From Blasia pusilla (Eukaryota): a stretch of 64,000 nt of DNA. Both the position numbers and the translations under genes were made by a program. The notes beneath the pieces were generated by a model that saw only the letters and a list, made by a program, of their open reading frames with translations, did no database searches and was not told the DNA's origin. The stretch lies in contig CM114271.1 in assembly GCA_050084515.1 (NCBI GenBank), forward strand, positions 42,842,001 through 42,906,000. The letters are read 5' to 3'. Position 1 is the first letter of the stretch; every line of letters begins with the position of its first letter. Positions 1 through 19,111 of this stretch are shown here, in pieces.

Positions 1-300
1 TATGGATATAACACACATCATTACGAATCAACTCCAATATCTTGAATGCTCTTCTACCTTGCTTTGGAAATAAAAAGCTAGCTTATTTTCCAAATTTCCA
101 AGAAGGGCATACCTCTAACATAGTAGGATTCGACACTTTAGGAAGTCCTATCATTAGATTAGATGATGAAAGACTCTACAGTTTTTGAAGATTCATATGC
201 CCTATTCTCTCATGCCAGACATTGAAATCTTTGACTTGTTGGATAGTTTGACCATACATTGTTGTTTGAATCTATGACATGGAAACATTTAATTTGATCG
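1..300 (-). mobile_element. Ty1/copia remnant: GAG-pre-integrase and start of integrase (degenerate)
   Basis: Manual minus-strand translation around 181-224 gives NVWHERIGHMNLQKL, matching the copia WHxRLGH motif. It is followed by GLPKV...VCPSWKFGK* (degenerate CxxCxxGK). Stops are present. Confidence 0.6.
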
Positions 301-329
301 TTGTTTTGAGATCTTATTCCAACACATTC

Positions 330-3240
330 TTAAATTACGTTGTGATGGAGGATAAGAGTATCTCTCAATAGAGTTTGACAACTACTTACATAAAAAATAA
401 CATCCAACAACAAGTCACTTATCATTACATCCCATAACAAAATGAAATGGATGAGTAGATGAATTAATATATTTCTTAGGCGACATATGCTATGTTGAAT
501 GAAAAGAACATTCATAAGGTGTATTAGGTAAAGACTATAATGTATGCAGTCTTTTTAAATAATTTAATTCCAATAGCATGAGTTCATGATAAGATTCCAT
601 TCGAAATCTTTAGAAGAAGTATTCTTTAGGAAGACTTTTATTCTTGAAAGTTTTTGTTTGTATTTATTATGCTTATGTTCTTTCTGAAAGACGTCACAAA
701 TTAGATCCTAAATCATAGAGATGTATCTTCATTGGAAGACCTGATGAAAGTAAGGGATATAAGTGCTACATTCTATCCTCTAGACAACTTATTAGTAGTT
801 GCAATGTTATTTTTTATGAACTTAAGTCATGAAATGCGCCATCTAAACCTATTTCACCTTTAAAGATGTTTGTGGAGAGGAAGAATATTACTATAATGCA
901 ATAGACATTGCCTAAGTACTAATGTAGGGTTAGGAGAGGTCTTAGACTCTTAAATTAAATACATCAATCCATGGTTGGAAAGAGTATGTATTCACTCTAT
1001 TGACACTAGTCAAAACTGAATTAAGATTTCATAGACATTTACCTTTTAAAAAAACTTTCAATATCAAGTAGGGTCACACAGCCTGGTCATAAATGAAGGA
1101 TTTCTTGCAACACATCATGTATATATGATAATTTCCCTTCAAAATCAAGAACCGAGTTGTTTTAAAGAATCTGCATGTAAGGTTGAATGGATTTGTTGTG
1201 CGCCTACTTCCTTGAACATCGGTCTCACTAATAAACATCCAAACACGCTCACATAAGCCTTGATTTGGATCAACGAGCCTTGTATCTCTGAAGTCTTGGT
1301 CTCAGGTCATCCTTCAAGCTCAACCGATCTAGGCGGGTTCAATTATCAACCCAACCCCTCACTCCCCAACATAGGCAAGTCTTTCAAGACCTTGCACAGA
1401 CTACCTTGATAGTTTAGGAACCTAAAAGGGTGCTTGTACGCCGGGCGGTCCTAATTTCCCAATTGACCTCGAACGAGTCTCTTACTAAGACTCAATATCT
1501 AAATGACGCGTCAAGGTCCAAGGTTGGTGTCCATAATTGGCCCATATGGACTTGGAATCCTATGCCCTTGGTTCATCCCGATGATTCCAAACGAAGGGTT
1601 CAAGTTCAAAACACTCTTGAAGACCCTTTCCCTTATATGTAGGTCTAAAGATCCCCACCTAGAGCCCGTCCCCATGGAGTGCACGACTGAAGGTCCCACT
1701 AGGCCTAGGCCAACAATCCTATAGGTTAGTCACATGAGACAACCACTTTCATCCAGTATCACAGGCGTGCTCTACCAATTTCTGACGTTTGGTTCTGATG
1801 GGGCTTAAAAAATGACTAGCTATAGTTCTTTTATTTCCCAAGGATTGTCCCTGATGTTTCTGTGTCGTAAATTTCTCAGCGCTTAAGGACCAAAGACCCA
1901 CCTATGGTTTGAGAAATGATAACTATTGATCGTACATCAGAAGGATCCCGTGATGATGGAATTTCTCCATGGGGACTTGCTCCTACTCCCTACCTTCAGG
2001 AAAGTCCGCTTGGGCCGCTTCTTGTGACCCTCTCCCCAACTATCATCCTAGTAGTTTGGGGTGGCTTCTAGATCTCCCCTCATGCATTTATCTACATCTT
2101 TTGTACATTCGATTTGTCTTCTCATAAGATTTATGATATCTTCTTATTCATCCCAAACACATCTTGGGTCTAGTCGTTATGACTTCAAACACTATGTCAA
2201 GTTCCAAGCCAGATTACATTCACCTTTGTGCCCAACTCTTGTGGGACTTGAGCTCCTCTCAATTCCCATTTGACGTCTAGTCTTCTTATGCTATGTCATA
2301 ATCTTCATCATTTGAGATACCCCTCAAGGTTTGCATATCACTTGTGGAACTCATGTCTCATTCGTGAGACTCCTACGCTCTTCTATCCTAGTGTGAGTCC
2401 ATTAGAATTCAGATGTCCCATGTTGGCACATGTTTGGTTATGAGCTATGGAGGAAGGGCTTGTTGCATTAAGATATCGATAAACTCGGGAGCTAGTTAAT
2501 ATACATTCCGCTAAGGAAGTCATTGATAGGTTTACAAGGTCAAACACAATCAAGATAGTACATTGAATAGATAGGAAGCAAGGTTTGTAGCCAAGGGCTA
2601 TGCATAATAATATGGTATCGACTATGAGGAGACATTGAGCCATATTATAAAGATGATAATTAAGAGAACAATGGTTGCAATTGTAGTAAGTAAAAAATGG
2701 AGACTACATCACATAAATGTCAAGGATGCCTTTTTTAATGTAGATTTGCATGAAGAGGTATATATGGCTCAACTATCTAGATATGAGCATCTAGAGTTTT
2801 CATTCCGCGTATGTAGATTAAAGAAAGCTATATACATGCTCAAGAAAGTCCCAAGAGCTTAGTATGTCAAGATTACAAATGTCCAACAAGAGTTTGGTTT
2901 TAAGGTCTGTAATTCCTCACCTCCTTGGAAATCCTACCTTGATGTTTTGAGGAGGATTATATGGTATATGAAATTCTATGTTCATTTTGGACTTCAATTT
3001 TAATCTTCTCCGACTTTCTAGTTGCAGGGATTCACAGATGATGCTTGGGTAAGAAGCATATCTAATAGACAAACTAGATCTTGTTATTCCTTCACCTTGA
3101 GAAGCACAATTATAAGTTGGGCTTAAAAGAAGCAGCATAAAGTTGTTTTATCTTCAACAAAGATTGAGTACAAAGGAGTAATCAATGTGGCATGTAAAAT
3201 GATGTGGGTTCATTAATTATTTACTCAGATCATTGTTAAG
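330..3240 (+). mobile_element. Ty1/copia pol remnant (integrase core, RT, start of RNase H), interrupted by an insertion at about 1194-2430
   Basis: Plus-strand fragments: LRCDGG*EY (about 336), P*QNEMDE, KLDPKS..CIFIG (about 700-735), EPSCFKE..EW (about 1150-1190), then AMEE...ARFVAKG...GIDYEET (about 2445-2635). ORF 2635-2862 KWRLHHINVKDAFFNVDLHEEVYMAQ...VCRLKKAIYMLKKVPRA is copia RT. An RNase H-like stretch lies near 3130-3200. Many stops and frameshifts. Confidence 0.8.
1194..2430. mobile_element. About 1.2 kb non-coding insertion splitting the copia pol, probably a solo LTR
   Basis: The copia frame stops at ...EW (about 1190) and resumes at AMEE (about 2445). The intervening DNA starts TG(TTG)TGCGCC and ends GGCACA, which is TG...CA-like. 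A clean target-site duplication is not evident. Confidence 0.45.
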
Positions 3241-3368
3241 TTCATCGCATGCATAAACTCTTATATTTAATTTTATTACTCACAAGAAAATCTAATCTTG
3301 ATCAATTAGTTAAGCATGATTATCTTAACTATAATTAGTCAACCACAATTAGCGTAACTTGAGATTAT

Positions 3369-3517
3369 TGTAAGGGTTAGGGTTGCTTGAACATACCCTA
3401 TATAAATGAGAAGGGGATCAATCCCCACTTATTCTCTTGTTGAAAAAAAATTCCACGATGGTGTATATGTGTGAGAGTCATATTCCATCAATCATATTTG
3501 TTTAGCAATTTTCTACA
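3369..3517 (+). repeat. LTR-like repeat, homologous to 62421-62574
   Basis: AGGGTTAGGGTTGCTTG-ACATACCCTATA...TTTGTTTAGCAATTTTC(T/C)ACA occurs here and at 62425-62574. It contains a TATA-like element and ends in CA. Confidence 0.6.
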
Positions 3518-3725
3518 AGATGGTTTTAAATAAACCTCCACAAGTATTTTTTTTAACACTATGTATAATCCATATGGTTTTTTGACCCAAGGTGGTGAAG
3601 TTTAGCCAAGATTATTATGTTGAGGTCATATTGTCAACATTTCTTCTTATAATCTAGATTGTGTGAGATTGACAAGTATACATCTTGACCTTATATCAAA
3701 TCAGTAGCAGTAGTAGTAGTAGTAG

Positions 3726-10672
<6,947 letters not shown>

Positions 10673-11399
10673 ATTTTCCAACAAATGAGATGTGTGTGGA
10701 GACCATAAGTGCAACACATTAGCTTTCTAATAGTCATATGTTGCATATTAGTAACATGAGCTTTCTAATAACCATGTGTCCCACCTTTCTCATTATTCCC
10801 TCGGATCTATGGTTTTTCCCTCAACCCAAGTATGGTCCTTTACCTGCGGACGTACGTTTAACAAGTTATCCATAAAGGTAGTATGGTAGAGGCTTCATGC
10901 AGATTATGAAATTCTTGGCTTTCTATACACATCTCGGAGCTTGGAATCGCATTTCATGCGTCTCACGGCTAATGACTGTCTTGACTCCCCGTTTGGCCTC
11001 TTATGGTTGTTTAGCAGTCCTTTTCGTTTCGTGGCTATTCTCCTGGTATCATGTCCATCTTGACTACTCATGTGTTCTTTGCTTCTCGCCCTTCTCTAGG
11101 CGCTTGGCTTCAAGGTCTCAAACCTTGCTTGCCTTGCCTTCGTCCCCATGAGTAGCTACGCCTTTTTCTCACCTAAGGCTAGTTATAAGACATGTGTGCG
11201 TGTATGACCTAACGTTAGTCCCATGATCGGTTCTGCCACCCTTCCTAGTTTCCACCTTTGGGTGGGTCATACCAAGGTCTTTTGTCGTGCGCATACACAT
11301 CACTGGTCATATCCACACCACATAACATCGATCTTCCCCACACACGGGTAGATCTATACATGTACAAAATCATCATGTAAAAATAAAGAGTAGTAAAAA

Positions 11400-11940
11400 T
11401 TGCACACCCGGCCTAAAACTCCACTCCTCAATCTACATCAACATATCAAGCCTTGTCCATCCTATGTTATCAAGGAATCCAGACGCTATCACCCAGTCCT
11501 AACTCACACACACGAGTAAGAATGGTATTCCAACAACCCAACATGAGAAAGATGGCTTGGGAAAGCCATCTTCCTCCCTTATATAGGGTTGGGAAGAGCC
11601 AAATGGCTCTTCCCCTAAAAATAGCTATCCTTCTGGTAACTTGCACGCACAGGTTACTAAGGGCGGATGACCTGCTCAACAAGTGACCCGGTTGTGAAAG
11701 ACTTCAATAGGAAAGTTGTCAGAAACAACGTTCCTGACACAACGAACTTATCCTCAATCCCATCCGACACATCGGGACAAAGTTACACTCAAGACTGTCC
11801 GCTAGCTCCAATGCCCTATCCACGATGGATCTCGACCTAGCGACTACTCAGATGTGACACTTTCCTCCTTGGATCCACGCTCGTGACTTGATTCTTAGGC
11901 CTTTGCTAGCATAGATGTCGTAGAGTTAGTTATTAGTCAC
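11400..11940. repeat. Dispersed LTR-like repeat, related to about 41640-42110
   Basis: Shared blocks: AAAGCCATCT...TTATAT..TTGGGAAGAGCCAAA.GGCT..CCCC.AAA.ATAGCT (11560-11630 vs 41805-41868) and CATCCGACAC.TC..GA.AAAGTTACAC.CAA (11761 vs 42001). Boundaries are approximate. Confidence 0.5.
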
Positions 11941-14483
11941 GAAGAGGGAGAAAACCTGAAAAGCATGAGCACTAGAGGCTCAAGCAACATAGAGAGTATT
12001 GGAGAAAAATACCCAAACATCATTGTTATTGAAAATGAAAAAGACATATAACGTAGAATCCGACAAAGGAAGTCCAACGAGATATATGCCAATATTTTGA
12101 ATGTAGTAGATGTGATTTCAAATCTAAAAACTGTTGCTCTTGTATGCCTCGGAATATCCCATATCTTCACCCTAGCCTCTCAATCACCTTTGAGGAGGAC
12201 AAAGAAGGGGAACCTCAAGGAAATGGCAACAACTAATAATCTTTTCTTGTAGATTTACTAATTCTATAAAGAGGAGAAAAAATGAGGATTGACATAAATG
12301 TGTGAAGGAAAATGGTTTGAAGAGAGGAGAGATTCTTCTTATTGTCATAGATGGGGAGGTACATGGCTCCCAAGAGTGTTGATTGATCTTGTTGCAACAT
12401 AAAATTTCCTTTCACAAGCCATAACTACGAATTTCGGGTTAACTTTACATAGGGATCAAAATGAAGAGGTATAAATACCAAACATGAAAACATAAATGAT
12501 TATAAAACTATCTCCAAAAGTAGAGTTTGGGATAGCTGAAGGTTATTTGATTGAAACATTATGAGAAAAAGGTTTTTGTGTATGGTAAGATCCAAGGACA
12601 GCAGCTCTAGGCAGAAAAAGGTACTTAAGATCCAAGGACAGTAGCTCTAGGCAGAAAGAGTTAGTTAACGTGCTAGAACTCCACCCCGATATGTAATAGA
12701 AAAATTGTCATAAAATATCAAGATGTATGTTTCCTTAGTCTAATAATGAGTTGATAGTATAATATGGAGGGAAATCTTGTTCATCATAGCCATCCACACG
12801 CTGTAGATGGTGTGAGATAAAGATGACAATTGCAATTAACCCTAAATAAAAAAATTCCTCTCATAAATTACGATAAACTTAGAGCATGATGGATCCATTT
12901 GCTTCAATAAATTCAACTCTATCTCCATAGAAGCGAACACAATCCACTTGAACTAGCCCTTTTTTATTATAATTCTTGAACTAGGTAGAACTCTCTTGAT
13001 GCTATAGAGCAAAACCTCCCCTCGTGCATTTTGTCTTGGTTGTAAATACAAGGACAAAGTTGAGAAAAAGGTACCCTACACATCGTCTCCTTCATAACGT
13101 GCAATAGGAGTAGGAAGTAACTTGATCCGTGTATGGAAGGATGAAGCAAACCACTAATTAGGCCAGACTTGAAATTCTAGGTGCAAATGAATCACTAGGT
13201 TGTGTAGAATCTACAATCAAGAGGTCAAATGTGTCAAATGTCCCTCTAACCCACCAAGAAGATCTGGAGCATGAGAAAAACCATAAGAGTATAGTCCACA
13301 TGGTCAAAAAACACCGAAGAACACAAAAGATACAAGCTACAATGGCATGTATATACAAACAAGACAAATACATGAACGAGAACATAAATCAAAGCATGAT
13401 CACAACAGACAAGAAATCAAGTTTAGAGAAATAGCCTCGCTTTCAGGTTTTTGTCCTCCAAAAAGTCTTTCCTATTCAAACATGTCCTTAAGGTTTTCAC
13501 CCTCCAAAACATCCCTCCCATTCGAACTTCTTATAGGGATGGCTCCTCAAATAGCTAAGAAGGAAAGTGGGAAGCTCAAGAGGAGCCCCACTCAAAAGCC
13601 ATAAGAAGTCGATTGCAAGCATTCGGTGCAAGTTGGAACAACTTGGAGGCAGGTACCTATTTTCGAAGCGACGAGGAAAGGATAGGGAAGGAATAGAGAC
13701 TCATGCCACATCGCCCGCACTCCATGACCCACACCTCTATCTTGCCGCTGATTACAGCCCCTACACACTTTCCCCGTTCGTTTTCCTCTCCAATTAGGTT
13801 GTCCACATGTTCACTAATAGCAATCATAATTCTCTAAAAAATGTTGATATTGTCTCCGCTTTTGGTGAGTTTAGTCGATAAGGGGAATGTCCTTTTTCAG
13901 GGCCGGTTGTGGCCTTTGGGTACTTGACTATTGGAGTTCCCCTCTTTTATTGAGGTTCATCAATTTTCTACCCTCATGAGTGGAAGGGTATATAGAAATA
14001 ATTTTTAGTGAAATAAACTAAGAACAAAAAATTTGTACCCTAATTTCCAACGGATGGCCCTTACGGGGTACACCCCACCGGAGTATCGAAGGAGGAAGAC
14101 CGTGAAGTTACGTCCCCGGACGTTGGGGTTATCTGAGACCCCCTATTAAAAACTTTTTCGGGTTCCCTCTCTCGCCAATGCATTAAAACCCTTTTTCTCC
14201 GCTGCGAAGCTCTCGGAACAGATATGGTAAGTACGCATTGGTCCTCTCGTGGAGGGGTGGGGATTCGGGGAACGGCAGTCATCCGAAAACTCGAAGGTCG
14301 ACAGAAGCGAGCAGTCCGGAATTACACATTGGTTCGAAATTTCCGAAACTCGAGCGATCACAAGCGAGTCTGGACTAAAACAGGAGGAGATATGAGGCGG
14401 GGGACTCACAGATTGCGGAGAGACTGAGCACGCGAGTTCCAATTCCGATTCGGTCGTTCGATCTGACGACGAGTCCCAAGGCT

Positions 14484-16232
14484 ATGGCGGGCCTCTGTGT
14501 CGCCTCGTGTGCCTACGCTGCCCCGATGCTGCATTGCCGACTGCCTTCGGTTTCCTCCTCTTCCTGCTCCGCTCCCAAACAACCCCAGCGTCATGCTCTG
14601 AGCCGATTCCGGCTGACATGCTCCGCTGCATCCTCGCTCAAACATCGGCCTCTTCAATTACGCGCAGGCAAGCTCCGCTTCGAGAACGAGTTCAGAGGTC
14701 AAGAGGTGGTCGTCTTCAGGAAACGGAGCAGTGGCACGCATAAGCAGTTGCGCTTGGGAGTACGCGCTTCCGCTGTCTTCGACCAGCTCAGTACCAGTCT
14801 GGAGGCAGCGTGGACGAAGCTCAGGAAGGAAAATGTGCTCACGAAGGAAAACGTGAAAGAGCCTATGCAAGAGATCCGACGAGCGCTGTTGGAGGCAGAT
14901 GTGAGCTTACCAGTGGTGCGCAAATTTGTGAAGTCAGTTTCGGAGAAAGCCGTGGGTGTAGGAGTCATCAAGGGGGTCCGACCGGATCAGCAGCTGGTGA
15001 AGGTCGTCAATGACGAACTGGTCGAGCTCATGGGAGGAAGCATGGCTGGAATTGAGTATGCCAAGTCAGGGCCGACAGTAATTCTGATGGCTGGGCTCCA
15101 AGGAGTGGGGAAAACCACCGCCTGTGGCAAGCTGGCTCTGTACTTCAAGAAAAAGGGTCAAAAATGTATGATGGTGGCCACCGACATCTACAGGCCTGCT
15201 GCCATAGATCAGCTGATCACTCTGGGTAAGCAGGTAGAGGTTCCCGTGTTTGAAGCGGGTACCGATGTAAAACCTGCAGAGATTGCGAAGAGGGGTTTAG
15301 CGGAGGCGAAGAAACTGGGAATCGAGGTTATCATAATCGACACAGCAGGGCGCCTGCAGGTAGATAGAGGAATGATGGAGGAGCTGAAGCAAGTGAAGAA
15401 TGCAGTGAATCCTAGTGAGGTGCTGCTGGTTGTAGACGCAATGACAGGGCAGGAGGCTGCAGCTTTGGTTGCCGCGTTCAATTTGGATTTAGGGATCACT
15501 GGTGCTATTCTTACCAAGCTGGATGGAGATTCCAGAGGAGGAGCCGCGCTCAGTGTGAAGGAGGTGTCGGGAAAGCCCATCAAATTCGTCGGAGAAGGCG
15601 AGGGCATGTTAGCACTGGAGCCGTTCTATCCCGACAGGATGGCTAGCCGGATACTAGGGATGGGAGATGTGCTCTCATTCGTCGAGAAAGCTCAGGAAGT
15701 AATGGTGCAGGAAGAGGCAGAGGAGATGCAGAAGAGGATTATGGAAGCGAAATTCGATTTCAATGATTTCCTGAAGCAAACCCGCAATCTCGCGCGCATG
15801 GGATCCATGAGTGGCCTCATTAAAATGATTCCCGGCATGAACAAGATCACTCCCCAACAGGTTTTAGAAGCGGAGAAGAGTCTCAAAGTGATGGAGTCGA
15901 TGATCAATTCCATGACTCCCAAAGAAAGGAAGGACCCAGAACTCTTGGCAAAATCTCCCTCTCGGAGAAGAAGAGTGTCTATTGGCTCTGGAAGGTCTCA
16001 AGAACAGGTGAGTCAACTTGTTTCACAACTCTTTCAAATGCGAGCGCGTATGAAGAATCTGTCTGCAATGATGCAAGGAGGATCGATCCCAGGGCTGGGT
16101 GGTCTGGAAGAGTCGCTCCAAGGACGCAAGGCCCCGCCTGGCACGGCAAAGAGGAGAAAGCAAAAGTCTGCGTTACAGCAGCAACTGTCAACTTCTGCAA
16201 GAAGCTCTGCGAAGGGTTTTGGAAGTAAATAG
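14484..16232 (+). CDS. cpSRP54: Chloroplast signal recognition particle 54 kDa subunit (cpSRP54/FFC), intronless, with N-terminal transit peptide
   Basis: 582-aa ORF with a Ser/Arg-rich transit peptide of about 95 aa. N domain [12 protein letters not shown]...[10 protein letters not shown] GTPase motifs [36 protein letters not shown] domain with SM and GSG; C-terminal [10 protein letters not shown] (cpSRP43-binding tail). Confidence 0.97.
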   Translation: MAGLCVASCAYAAPMLHCRLPSVSSSSCSAPKQPQRHALSRFRLTCSAASSLKHRPLQLRAGKLRFENEFRGQEVVVFRKRSSGTHKQLRLGVRASAVFDQLSTSLEAAWTKLRKENVLTKENVKEPMQEIRRALLEADVSLPVVRKFVKSVSEKAVGVGVIKGVRPDQQLVKVVNDELVELMGGSMAGIEYAKSGPTVILMAGLQGVGKTTACGKLALYFKKKGQKCMMVATDIYRPAAIDQLITLGKQVEVPVFEAGTDVKPAEIAKRGLAEAKKLGIEVIIIDTAGRLQVDRGMMEELKQVKNAVNPSEVLLVVDAMTGQEAAALVAAFNLDLGITGAILTKLDGDSRGGAALSVKEVSGKPIKFVGEGEGMLALEPFYPDRMASRILGMGDVLSFVEKAQEVMVQEEAEEMQKRIMEAKFDFNDFLKQTRNLARMGSMSGLIKMIPGMNKITPQQVLEAEKSLKVMESMINSMTPKERKDPELLAKSPSRRRRVSIGSGRSQEQVSQLVSQLFQMRARMKNLSAMMQGGSIPGLGGLEESLQGRKAPPGTAKRRKQKSALQQQLSTSARSSAKGFGSK

Positions 16233-19111
16233 GTGTTTTGCTAGGTAGAACTAGAACAAAGCTCCGAACATAGTGAACGGATTTAGATATGAATTAGATT
16301 CAATTGGAAATTTGGAAGGGCTTCAGTCATAGAGGCCTTTGATCGCATATGTTTAATAAGCTCTGATCTTCAGGACTTGCTCATGAATTCATGGATGTTA
16401 GATTGACTGTTATCAATCTAAGTAATTTAGTGACTCCTTTGTGCTGAAAATGGTTACACTCATTCCCACAAGAACGGATCCTTGCACATATGGCAGCGAT
16501 CTATTCACGTGCCTTAGACTATGTTCATGCGAGGTACCTGTGGCATGGAAGCAAACTGAGTTCGTCTGTCTGTAAACTTCTCCCACTGGATCCAACCCTT
16601 CCAATTTCTTGTCCTCAAGCCGAGTATTACAGTAATGATCGTCCTCTTCGCGTCGTCTTGAGCCCCATTTCATCATTCCCCTGAAGGTTTAAGTTGGAGT
16701 TAAGAATTCGCGTGTGTGGGAGCAACGCAGCAAAGCTCGGGTCTGGAGCTGAGTAGTCAGCCGTTGGTTCTGTGCAGTCCGTCGAGAACTGGCGTAGCAT
16801 GTCCATCCCGTTCGTCGCTGTCCATCTTCAATTCATCGGTGAAACATGTCGGGAATTGAAGCACCTGTAAAAGACCGACAAGCACACGACACAGGTAATG
16901 AATGTTAAGCATGATCCTAAAGGCGGAGTCCTGCCTGGATCTACTGATGCTTGCTTGGCGGGTATGGGGCATTGTAGACACACTCCGTGAAATTAGGGAT
17001 GCGGAGAGCGCTCTACAACAGGGAAGACAATTGGGGCAAAAATACCGATCGGAAGGAGCGCATTGCACTCAAGAAGCACTGTGTACGTCATAGTGAAGAG
17101 CAGCGACTGGCACATCACTGAAAGGGAAGACTCCCGCCACTTTTTCTGCTCCAGACACTGAATCCGAACCTGCTGATGCTCTCACACTCTGAAGAAGTTG
17201 TGCACTCTACCGACCCGTGTGACCTTCATTCTGTGGGAAAAGTGATATCGAGTCCTCATATGATTAGCAGAGCTTATCTGGAAGCTGAGTCGAGAAGGAA
17301 TTGCATTTTTTGTGAGCACCCTTGCAGCACGAATCCATCGTTCCAGAGATCGCATCCGTCCAACGACAACACACACGAACTGTAGGGGAAAAGAATTCGG
17401 GAATGAGAAGTCTTTTCCAACCAACTAGGCACACTCGTGCACCAGACGACTTGCCTACATGGAGGAGCAACGCCCCACTTCCGATTATAGTAGTAAGACC
17501 CTCTAAAATGACTGCTTTAAAAAACACGTCCATCAGCCGGTAGGTAGACATGCCAAGCAACAGTGGTAGCCTGCATCAAACGCGCACGTTTCGGCCTCCA
17601 AGAACATTCCAACTCCAAACACAGCAACGAAAAGGGAAAAGGTAACACACACAAAATTCGTAGATCAAGTATGAAATACATGTAACATTCAAACTCGGGC
17701 TCATGATACAAGGACCACTTCTTTAGTCAGAGCAAAATGGTGCTCCCACAGATCAGAAAGTGTCCAAACCACAGATCAGTAAGTCGATTATTCATGGACC
17801 TCACTCGCGATAGTTAAAGACAGTTCAGTCCTACTTCTATACCCACCGAAGTGATTCACCAAGAAAGAACCTCCAGATACTTCACTTCCACGAGCCTACT
17901 TACAACCACAGAAGATCGTGCAACTCAAGAGCTCCCGCTTGCATTCTTGCTTTGTCATGACATACGTGGCATTTGAGTGCGACCCTCCATGGGTTCATGC
18001 CATGACAGCTTGAAAGCTCGTAATTCCAGAATGCCAAATTTTACGTCTGCAGTTTCGAGACCAGTAAAAAGTGGAAGTCGTCACGCCCGCATCTCTGCGT
18101 ACAGTGCTCAGCACGCAGTATTTGAACCTCAAGCACCACTTCATCAGCACTCACAAGGCATCCTCCCTCCCTCTGGTTCTGGTTCCCTCTGGAGAAGCTG
18201 CCAAAATGTTGGTCCCTCAAAATTCAAAAATGTTTGGATTTGTCGAGGATCTTCCATATGATCCACTGGAGCCCAGAATTGGCAGGTCCCTCAAATGCAA
18301 AACTGGTTAGATCCGTAAAGTCCTTACTAGATCTATATGTCAAGCCACCTACATAACCCGAGGATCCTTCCGCCTGAACTGAATGTCATCCTCTCATACA
18401 ACCTGGTTGACTTCTGATAGAATCAATTTAGAATTATCCTTGAACCTCAAACAGAAAGGAGATAGAGACTCCTCGCCAAAGGCTGAATCCCGCGTTGAGG
18501 GCATCAGACCAACTACCCTATTCAACGCCCATGTATTTCATCCAGCTCACCATCCACGTCCGCCATCCCACTGTCCTTTCTGTCCTTTGACAAGTTGCCT
18601 GCTGTGGACATCGTGTGGAAATCTTCTAACAAGCCCTTCTAGAGTGGAACTAGAAGAAATCTAATCCTACAGCCTGCCACTCAATCAACAGGTTTGCTTT
18701 GGTCTTATCAGAAATTAGATGTAGATGATGACTAGCGTGTTTATGCAGGGCAGAATTTACAAGATCTTAATAGATTCACACTATCTCTGTTCATATCACT
18801 TACAGAGATGGTGGGGACCTTCACAGTGCCTTCAAATAATCAGACTCACCGAACGGTTTAGAGCACAGTTGAGTCTCAAATCTGACAAATTTAATTTAAG
18901 CTTTACACAAGTCCTAGGAAAAACTCTTTTGATACATTGGTAGAGGCATCACTATGGAAGTGGCCCCATACAACAGCATTACTTTACTCCATAAAACCTG
19001 ATGAGGAGAACAAATCCTCTGCTCACTTTGTGAAACCGAGATTTTCTTACCCCACACCACTTCAAAACCCTCTTAGGAAGGACAACCGGCATTGATTACA
19101 TTGTTCCAGAC

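Noticed and set aside
12587-12660. Short local duplications (39 bp here; 27 bp at about 30652-30707; about 60 bp at 22836-22940)
   Set aside because: Two-unit slippage-type duplications with no further structure.
16300-19100. Possible extra gene between cpSRP54 and CIPK (for example the Cys-rich ORF 16757-17068)
   Set aside because: Only short ORFs with no coherent motif or exon chain. More consistent with long convergent 3'UTRs.
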